Assembly (NCBI GenBank): GCA_000496135.1
Contig: KI542675.1
Location: 612,030 to 676,029 of the forward strand
Direction: 5' to 3'
Source: Thermoplasmatales archaeon E-plasma
Lineage (GTDB): Archaea > Thermoplasmatota > Thermoplasmata > Thermoplasmatales > Thermoplasmataceae
DNA: 64,000 nt
The notes under the pieces are model-generated. The model made no database searches. It was not told where the DNA came from and worked only from the letters and a program-made list of their open reading frames with translations. Shown here piece by piece: positions 57,127 through 64,000 of this stretch (the first letter of the stretch is position 1; the number at the start of each line of letters is the position of its first letter). The position numbers and the translations under genes are program-made.

Positions 57127-59721
57127 ATGGAAAAAGGGCTCTCATTCGCAAATGCTTTATCTTATATCAGAAACATGGAAACGGAATTTGCAGAAAAGCC
57201 TAGCAAGACAGTGATTATCATTGGGGAGGAAGGTACGGGAAAATACCCTTTATTAAAACTTCTAATTAAAGATTTTAAGGAGTTGGGTCAAAAATTTTAT
57301 TCCACAAGAATTTTCGCTGATGTCGAAACTGGAATATTTTACCCATTTAATGATATTCTGAACCAGATAACACAGGAATCAAAAATACGTGATCTTAACA
57401 CAATAGTAGAATCAATGACCGCAATATTGTCTCAGACAGATCATCCGGTACTAATCTTTGAGAATATTCATAAAATGAGTCAACAAAGTCTTGATATGTT
57501 CCTCTATTTTTCAAGATTGACGGAAAAACTTGGTTTTACCCTTATAGGACTGGGAGAGAGCAGTGGTAATTATCCTAATACAGAAAAATTCATAGAGGAG
57601 GCAAAAACACTTAGTTCTATTATAATTATAACCTTAAAAAAGCCTGAAATGGATGATGTTAAAACACTTCTGAAGGAGGAAGGGTACAGGCTTGAAGATG
57701 CCTTTGTCAAAGACCTGGTGAGGCTTGTAAACGGTGATCTGAACGTATTGTCATATACTCTGGCTTATTACAAGGAAGAGGGATTCATAAATCCAGATGG
57801 TGCTTTAAATGATGTCAAGGTGAGGTTTTTCCCTATACCCCCATCAGTGGAAACCCATTTTAACAATCTTATTTCTGAACTGAACAAAAATGCTACAGAT
57901 ATTCTTAAAACGCTGGTAATGGTCAAGGATAGACTCAGTCTGAATGATCTATGCCTTCTCGTACATGAAGATTCCAAAGTGATCCTAGATTCTCTGGCCA
58001 TTCTCGAATCAAAAGATCTAATTACCAGTGATCAGGAATATTTCTTTATTCAGAATAGTTTCTTATTTCCGATTCTGGAAAAACGTATATCTTCCATTGA
58101 TAAGATCAGGGTAAGCAAACTCCTCAATGAAACAGAACTCATAAAGAAAGTATCTGTACCAAGCAGAATTTTAATTAACCTTGGTTACGGAAATGTTGAC
58201 GAGGCAGTTAAGATATTTAGTGAAAATGTCGAGGAAATAAACAATTCTATTTCTAATCCGCAGGAAGTTTATGAATCCATGAGTAAAATAAAGCCGTATA
58301 TTTCTGATAAAAAGTTGTTAATTCATGCATCATTTTATCAGGGGAAGGCCCTTTATCTCCTGTCAAGGTATGATGAAGCTCTTGAAATTTTCAAAAGTGA
58401 GGATTTTCAGTCAAACGGTATCATAGAACCATACTTGCTTTCTTCATCTATTTACAACAGCAGAGGTGATTATAAAAATTCTGATATTATTTTAGCCAAT
58501 ATTATCTCAAGGGATATGTTATCCAAAAAGAATGAGGCAAAAGTACTAATTGCGCAGGCAACAATTTACATCAGGAAGAATGATTATAAAAAAGCAGAAG
58601 AACTTGTTGATCTGGCAATCAATATAGCAGAAGAAGGGAATTGTGAAAATACGCTTTCTGAGGCATACAATATTAAGGGTATAATTAGAATTAACACTTT
58701 TAATATAGAAGATGCCGGAAATTATTTCAAGCGTGCTCTCGAAATAAATACAAGGAAAAAGAACTGGTTTTCAAGACTGAAAAACATGAATAATTTGTCA
58801 ATTACAAACGGTATGCTTGGGCATTATGACGAATCAATTAAGAATTTCAAGGATATCATAGACATTTCATATATAACTTCAGATTTAAGAGGAAGGGCGT
58901 ATGCCGAGTTTAATCTGGTAGAACAGCTTGACATCATTGGAGAAAGCGCAGAATCAGAAAATTATATACCTACTGCGGAGAAACTCGTTTCACTAATATC
59001 AGACCAGAGTCTGGCATCATCATTTCACAGATTTTATGGCCTCCATCTTATCCAGAACTGTATATTCGATCGGGCAAAGGAAGAATTTGAGATTTCCAGA
59101 AGAAAAGCGGAGGAAATAGAAGATAAACAAAGGGTTAGAATAAACAAATTTTTCGTACTGCTTATGGATGAAATCGTAAATGGAAAGAAACTTCAGGAAA
59201 TTGATGATATAATATCGCAGAAATTTGAACTGGAGGAAGACTTCATTCCAGTAATATATATATTTATAACGTTAAGATATATCTATCATGGTGAATTTGA
59301 CCTTGCCATCAAATCTTCATACGATGCCGTTGAAACAGCAGTCAAAATAGGGGATAACGGATACAAAACACACAGTTCTATTTTACCATCTCTGGTATAT
59401 TTCTTGAAGGGGGATAGGGAAGCTTTTACAAAAGAATTCGAAAAAATTAAAACTCTGGATAAGAGTATTCAGTATCCAAACTATGTGTATCGGGCGTTAA
59501 AGGCATATTTATCAAACAACCTTGATGAAGTAAAAGAATTAAGAGATATAATAAATTCGTCGAAAACCTCCAAAATGCCTTCTTTAGATAAGTTGTTGCT
59601 GCAGCTTCTGATCTCTTTCATTGAGGATAAAATTACCTCAGACACAGGAATAAATCCGGATAATATGGCAAAATTCAGGAAGCAAATATTGGAATGTTAT
59701 TCACGTTCAAAGTTAAGATGA
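57127..59721 (+). CDS. STAND/AAA-like NTPase (degenerate P-loop) with C-terminal TPR array
   Basis: 864 aa; GEEGTGKY in place of GxxGxGK[ST], VLIFENIH in place of an acidic Walker B; several TPR-like repeats between aa 390 and 620. Confidence 0.6.
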   Translation: MEKGLSFANALSYIRNMETEFAEKPSKTVIIIGEEGTGKYPLLKLLIKDFKELGQKFYSTRIFADVETGIFYPFNDILNQITQESKIRDLNTIVESMTAILSQTDHPVLIFENIHKMSQQSLDMFLYFSRLTEKLGFTLIGLGESSGNYPNTEKFIEEAKTLSSIIIITLKKPEMDDVKTLLKEEGYRLEDAFVKDLVRLVNGDLNVLSYTLAYYKEEGFINPDGALNDVKVRFFPIPPSVETHFNNLISELNKNATDILKTLVMVKDRLSLNDLCLLVHEDSKVILDSLAILESKDLITSDQEYFFIQNSFLFPILEKRISSIDKIRVSKLLNETELIKKVSVPSRILINLGYGNVDEAVKIFSENVEEINNSISNPQEVYESMSKIKPYISDKKLLIHASFYQGKALYLLSRYDEALEIFKSEDFQSNGIIEPYLLSSSIYNSRGDYKNSDIILANIISRDMLSKKNEAKVLIAQATIYIRKNDYKKAEELVDLAINIAEEGNCENTLSEAYNIKGIIRINTFNIEDAGNYFKRALEINTRKKNWFSRLKNMNNLSITNGMLGHYDESIKNFKDIIDISYITSDLRGRAYAEFNLVEQLDIIGESAESENYIPTAEKLVSLISDQSLASSFHRFYGLHLIQNCIFDRAKEEFEISRRKAEEIEDKQRVRINKFFVLLMDEIVNGKKLQEIDDIISQKFELEEDFIPVIYIFITLRYIYHGEFDLAIKSSYDAVETAVKIGDNGYKTHSSILPSLVYFLKGDREAFTKEFEKIKTLDKSIQYPNYVYRALKAYLSNNLDEVKELRDIINSSKTSKMPSLDKLLLQLLISFIEDKITSDTGINPDNMAKFRKQILECYSRSKLR

Positions 59722-59808
59722 AGAGATAAAAAGAGATCTATGGCAGGATAATTGAGAAATACTTAAATATAAACCACCTTTAAAGAGAGCAGAGGGTGCA
59801 GGTTATAA

Positions 59809-61023
59809 TTGAACGATGATAAAATTCTCAGAGGGAGTTCAAGGTTTTTCCTTAGCGGGTTTAAGGATAGCTATCTGGTAAACGATATAATGACTCAGGG
59901 CGGAATGGGAATAATTTATGAAGCAACTACAAAATCAGGTCAAAAGGTTGTCATAAAACAGGCAATCGAAAACCCAAAGCAACCTCAGGGTCAGGCTATA
60001 AGAATGCTGCAGAAAGAAGCCTCAATTCTTAAGCGAATTGTTAACCGTAATATCGTATCCTTTATTGATGAGAGTCAGGATGATGAAGTTTATTACTATG
60101 TAATGGAAAAAATAAACGGGTTAAATCTCTTTGAATTGTGCAACGGTAAGCCGCTGAATATGAAGGAGGGAACAAGAATTATGATTGAGATATGTAATGG
60201 AATGAAATACCTGCATGATTTCAACATCATTCACCGGGACCTTAACCCGAAGAATATAATGATGGATGGAGATACCCCGGTAATAATAGATTTCAGCTCT
60301 GCTGAAACACTTCAAACGAAAGATGAAGTAATAAAGATTAAGGGTAGCAAGATAGGAACCATGGTATTTTCCGCCCCTGAGCAATTTAATTTAGGGGAAA
60401 GTTCAAAAAAATCAGATATTTATTCCATAGGCATGGTCTATTTATTTATTCTGACTGGAAATATTCCAGATAAACATCCAGATGAGATGCCTCAATATCT
60501 GTCCAGGAAAATAGTTAATGCAAAAGCGAGGGCACTCATATCGCAATGCATAAAAAAGGAACCTGAGAAACGCATTAGAAGTGTTGCCGAAATTGAAAAA
60601 AGCATGGAGATCATATTCGAAGAATCCGGAATTGCAAATGAATCCACAGCGGGAAACCCAAGTGATGAAATCTTCATTAAAATCGACGGGAATCTATACG
60701 AAATCAATAATATTCTAACGATCGGCAGAAAACATGAATGCAGCAAAACGACCTGTGGAGATCAGAAAGAACTGGATATTTCCATAGACAACCCATTTGT
60801 TTCCCGGCACCACTTCAAGCTGAGAAAGGAGGTTTCCGGCAAAATATATGCTGAGGATCTGGGAAGCAAGAACGGTACAGCCGTGTCAGTGGATGGTGGA
60901 ACAACGTTTAATATGATTATACAAGGGAAAGAGACGGAAATTTATCCAGGAGATATCATAGCTCTTGGGTATAAACGCGATCTTGGACCAAAGCAGATTA
61001 TTGAAATCGTAGGTTCCGAATAA
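59809..61023 (+). CDS. Hanks-type Ser/Thr protein kinase fused to a C-terminal FHA domain
   Basis: VVIKQ (catalytic Lys), HRDLNPKN, DFS, SAPE. C-terminal ..TIGRK...VSRHHFKL...EDLGSKNGT.. is an FHA signature. TTG start uncertain. Confidence 0.8.
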   Translation: MNDDKILRGSSRFFLSGFKDSYLVNDIMTQGGMGIIYEATTKSGQKVVIKQAIENPKQPQGQAIRMLQKEASILKRIVNRNIVSFIDESQDDEVYYYVMEKINGLNLFELCNGKPLNMKEGTRIMIEICNGMKYLHDFNIIHRDLNPKNIMMDGDTPVIIDFSSAETLQTKDEVIKIKGSKIGTMVFSAPEQFNLGESSKKSDIYSIGMVYLFILTGNIPDKHPDEMPQYLSRKIVNAKARALISQCIKKEPEKRIRSVAEIEKSMEIIFEESGIANESTAGNPSDEIFIKIDGNLYEINNILTIGRKHECSKTTCGDQKELDISIDNPFVSRHHFKLRKEVSGKIYAEDLGSKNGTAVSVDGGTTFNMIIQGKETEIYPGDIIALGYKRDLGPKQIIEIVGSE

Positions 61024-61195
61024 CATTTTTACAATCAATAATAAGAAATCTGTAATTGAGCCAGAGTGCGATAAATTAGATTCTGATCATTCAAACTTAT
61101 GGTATAATATTGATCTTAAATGTGTTCATGATAAGCAGATGTGTTTGATCAGAAAGCTTGGAACAATTTAATTATGCTTTTTATGATTAGGTTTC

Positions 61196-61269
61196 GGGCT
61201 TGTGGGGTAGTTAGGATATCCTGTTGGCCTTCGAAGCCGAGGACCCGGGTTCAAATCCCGGCGAGCCCG
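61196..61269 (+). tRNA. tRNA-Arg (TCG)
   Basis: Acceptor GGGCTTG/CGAGCCC, anticodon stem TTGGC/GCCGA with loop CTTCGAA, T-arm CCGGG-TTCAAAT-CCCGG. Confidence 0.9.
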
Positions 61270-61371
61270 TTTAAATATTTTATAGCAAGAATGCCAGAAT
61301 CAAAATCGGCGTATGCTTTATGTAAAATTAGAGAAAACAATAAAAGTATCTTTATTCTATAGCATTGAACA

Positions 61372-62349
61372 ATGATTTACTCCTATCTTATCATACCAGC
61401 GGAGGGATTTCTCCTGGCTATCGCAATTGATATCCTTTTCGGTGAGCCTAGAGCATTCATTAATATACGGGATACTTCGCAGAAGATATCCTCATGGTTT
61501 CTCCATAAATTTGTTGGAAAAAAGGGAAAGGTGGGCACCGGTTTCCTGATCGTACTGGCAACATCCATAATTATTATATTTCCCATATTTATTCTTCTCG
61601 ATTTCATTAATTATGGAATTTACAGAGATACCATACTTGTATTCATCTACGCGTTCATTCTTACCTCTACCTTCAGGATAACCTCAGTTGGAGCAAAGTT
61701 AAGGCCAATTATCAAATACATCGAGAATAAAGATTATGCAAGTGCTGATGTTGCTTTATCATTAATCACAGGAACAAATGTTGATGAGAGTAATGCAGAA
61801 ATGATAAATTCCAGAATTATTGAAACTATTGCCAGGGAATATATGGATGGGATAGTCGGCCCGTTCCTCTATTTTATCTTCTTTGGAATAGTAGGAGCAG
61901 CAATCTACAGAGTAATATGCTCATCCAGAGAAGCAAGTTCAGGGGAATCTTTCAAAATGATTCAGCTTGGGAAGTTTTCTTCATATGCATATGCCTTCGT
62001 AAACTGGGCAGCATCTGGAATCGCATCCGGTATGATAGTTGCATCCACGTTTCTCCTGAATTTAAATGTGGGAAAAACTTCGATCCTTCAGATCTCAAAG
62101 ATGTCTCTGGATCGGTCTGTGGGGCTTGTCACTGCTTCCATGGCATCCACCCTCAATATCCGTTTGGAACATTACAATGAGTATATTCTCAATGACAAAG
62201 GGTTTCCGCCCCAGCTTAAGGACGTAAAAAATTCAATGAAAGTATATTATTTGTCAATATTCTTGATGCTTGCAGTCATAGTAATACCATTAGCTTTGGT
62301 AATGATGTATCTCTACAATATTTTTAATTTCCCCTTACTCTTGAGGTAA
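61372..62349 (+). CDS. cbiB: CobD/CbiB-family membrane protein (adenosylcobinamide-phosphate synthase-like)
   Basis: 325 aa; LAIAIDILFGEP N-terminus and ..ETIAREYMDGIVGPFLYFIFFGIVGAAIYR.. core block; some consensus positions diverge. Confidence 0.65.
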   Translation: MIYSYLIIPAEGFLLAIAIDILFGEPRAFINIRDTSQKISSWFLHKFVGKKGKVGTGFLIVLATSIIIIFPIFILLDFINYGIYRDTILVFIYAFILTSTFRITSVGAKLRPIIKYIENKDYASADVALSLITGTNVDESNAEMINSRIIETIAREYMDGIVGPFLYFIFFGIVGAAIYRVICSSREASSGESFKMIQLGKFSSYAYAFVNWAASGIASGMIVASTFLLNLNVGKTSILQISKMSLDRSVGLVTASMASTLNIRLEHYNEYILNDKGFPPQLKDVKNSMKVYYLSIFLMLAVIVIPLALVMMYLYNIFNFPLLLR

Positions 62350-62354
62350 TACTA

Positions 62355-62361
62355 TTTTTTT
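62355..62361 (+). terminator. oligo-T tract after cbiB-like gene
   Basis: T7 run 6 nt after the stop. Confidence 0.3.
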
Positions 62362-62740
62362 ACTGGTAATTCCCTTCTCAAGCCTAATCTTTTTAGTTTT
62401 CTTTTAATTGTTGAACGGGTTATATCTGCGTTTGGATATATTCAATGAATGATGTATTGCGAAAGATTTTCAGTTGAACGGTTCAATAGCGTTCTCATTT
62501 GAATTGGTGCATTTGAAAGCAATGGCAGCGAATATGATATAATAGTACCAATAATTGCCAGTTTCCTTATCCTCACAAGTTTCACTATTCTATACTTATC
62601 TCCCAAATTCTTTATTTATAGATATATCGTATCTATTTTAAGAATTACTGCCATAAAAAGAGGATCGGGTATTCCATTTATACACCATTCCAAAAAATCT
62701 AAAAAAAGAAAACACTAATAAAATTGTAGAGATTAGGTTC

Positions 62741-63046
62741 AGCCGAACTAGGTCGGGGAGCTAGGCACTCTCTGTTACCCGAAGTCTATACGCGGGGACG
62801 ACAGCCTGAAAAGGTCAACTTAGCCTCTGCAAAGCCTTTGGTAAGCAATGAAACTCTATCCTCATGGATCGGGGTTTTGTTCAGTCAGACTCAAAGGAGA
62901 TTGCCTGAACAATTCATCTGGTGAATCCGCCAGGTCCGGAAGGGAGCAACGGTAACCAGAACTTTCGATGCTGTGAGGGGACTGGGGTAGAGTAAATCAA
63001 GGGGTAAACTTTGCAGGACGTTAAGCCCGATTCAGGCATGTTCGGT
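62741..63046 (+). ncRNA. signal recognition particle RNA (7S RNA)
   Basis: Helix-8 signature CCAGGTCCGGAAGGGAGCAACGGTA at about 62930-62955. The 5' end GCCGAAC/CUAGGUCGGG pairs with the 3' end CCCGAUUCAG/GUUCGGU. A TATA-like CTAATAAAATT lies about 25 nt upstream. Confidence 0.85.
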
Positions 63047-63063
63047 ATTATGTGTGAATAATC

Positions 63064-64000
63064 ATGTTTAAAGTGATTCAGGACCCTATTAACGGGCCCA
63101 TAAAGGTAGATTCAAATTTTCTATCAATTATTGATTCTCCTGAATTTCAAAGATTACGTGGTATTAAGCAGCTGGGAATGTGCTATCTTGTATTTCCCGG
63201 AGCTAATCATACAAGGTTTGAGCACAGCCTTGGAACAATGAAACTTGCAGAGGAATACAGCCTTTCTCTGAGCATTGATAACATAGATGAAATCAAAGCG
63301 GCTGCACTTCTCCATGATATAGGGCATGGTCCTTTCAGCCACAGCTTCGAAGGGCTTTTGGGAAAAAACAAAAATCTTTCCCACGAAGAGATTGGTGTAA
63401 AGCTGATTTTAGGGGAAAAACCCTTTGAATATTCAACCCTTCCAGGTATACTGGAACAGCAAGGCTTCGATCCCAGGGGGATCGCAAGCTTAATTTCAAA
63501 TAGAAGGGAATCGGTTGCCGGAAGTATAATCAGCGGAGAACTTGATGCAGATGAAATGGATTATCTCAGGCGGGATAGCTATTATACAGGTCTGGGAACA
63601 ATACCTTTCGATTATCACCGGATTATAAACATTTCAGGCACCGATGGAAAAAATATATTTATTGAAGAAAAGGGAGTTCCAACAATAGAATCCATTTTGC
63701 TTAACAGGTTTCTAATGTATAAGATGGTATATTTTCATAAAACCAGCAGAATAGCTCAATTAATGTTGTCCAGAGCAATTGAACAGTTCAGTCAGGATAC
63801 ATCATCTCTTGTTCTGATGGACGACGGGGACTTTATCTGGAATTTGAAAAACGACGGTGGAAGCAGGTCACTGGCATTGATGGTGCTGAGAAGAGATCTT
63901 TTCGTTCCTGCCATATCCCTTGAGTATGTGGACGGTATGGAAAAGAAAATTCATGAAACGATGATTTCCAGCGGTTATGAAGAGAGTGATTATTTTATTG
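63064..64000 (+). CDS. HD-domain phosphohydrolase (dNTPase/SAMHD1-like superfamily), 3' end outside window
   Basis: Open frame from the ATG at 63064 to the window end; ..RFEHSLGT.., LLHDIGHGPFSH, DADEMDYLRRD motifs. Confidence 0.8.
   Translation, partial: MFKVIQDPINGPIKVDSNFLSIIDSPEFQRLRGIKQLGMCYLVFPGANHTRFEHSLGTMKLAEEYSLSLSIDNIDEIKAAALLHDIGHGPFSHSFEGLLGKNKNLSHEEIGVKLILGEKPFEYSTLPGILEQQGFDPRGIASLISNRRESVAGSIISGELDADEMDYLRRDSYYTGLGTIPFDYHRIINISGTDGKNIFIEEKGVPTIESILLNRFLMYKMVYFHKTSRIAQLMLSRAIEQFSQDTSSLVLMDDGDFIWNLKNDGGSRSLALMVLRRDLFVPAISLEYVDGMEKKIHETMISSGYEESDYFI

Noticed and set aside
61141-61362. 73-aa plus-strand ORF
   Set aside because: It reads straight through tRNA-Arg(TCG), so it is an artefact.
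62441-62560. Possible C/D-box sRNA (AATGATGT ... CAGT/TGAA) between cbiB and the SRP RNA
   Set aside because: The box spacing and the D/D' CUGA boxes do not fit the C/D-box consensus, and there is no terminal stem.
1-64000. CRISPR arrays, rRNA genes, retron/DGR-type reverse-transcriptase systems
   Set aside because: No regularly spaced direct-repeat array, rRNA-like sequence or reverse-transcriptase motif was seen in any frame or gap.

Overview
AT-rich archaeal chromosome segment. PriL, ribosomal protein S8e, SRP19 with a 7S SRP RNA, proteasome beta, aCPSF1 and PdxS mark it as archaeal; gene content and composition suggest a Thermoplasmata/Ferroplasma-like organism (inference). 1-31 kb holds metabolic and housekeeping genes: cyclophilin, PdxS, IorAB, a PadR-ABC operon, a ThiF-like E1, a 1714-aa Lhr-type helicase, a radical SAM enzyme, an aceB-aceA glyoxylate-shunt operon, an AbrB-PhoU regulator, an MFS transporter and oxidoreductases. 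About 31.2-47.65 kb is an integrated mobile-element mosaic. It is bounded by a 16-bp direct repeat identical to the 3' end of tRNA-Asp, and one copy lies inside a tyrosine-integrase ORF. The mosaic carries a second short integrase, a DUF5678/retropepsin pair, duplicated small membrane genes, a Zot-like ATPase operon, two head-to-head IS110-family copies, two decayed DDE transposases, a membrane/M48-peptidase trio and a run of small virus/plasmid-like ORFs. 47.7-64 kb is core again: purC, psmB, aCPSF1, S8e, SRP19, priL, an M24 peptidase, a degenerate STAND-ATPase/TPR protein next to a Hanks kinase-FHA fusion, tRNA-Arg, CbiB, SRP RNA and an HD-domain protein. The strongest non-ORF signal is in the two IS110 5' leaders. 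Both fold into the same two-module (bridge-RNA-like) structure, with compensatory base-pair changes between copies. Their internal-loop strands match the sequences at the IS junctions. No CRISPR array or rRNA was seen.
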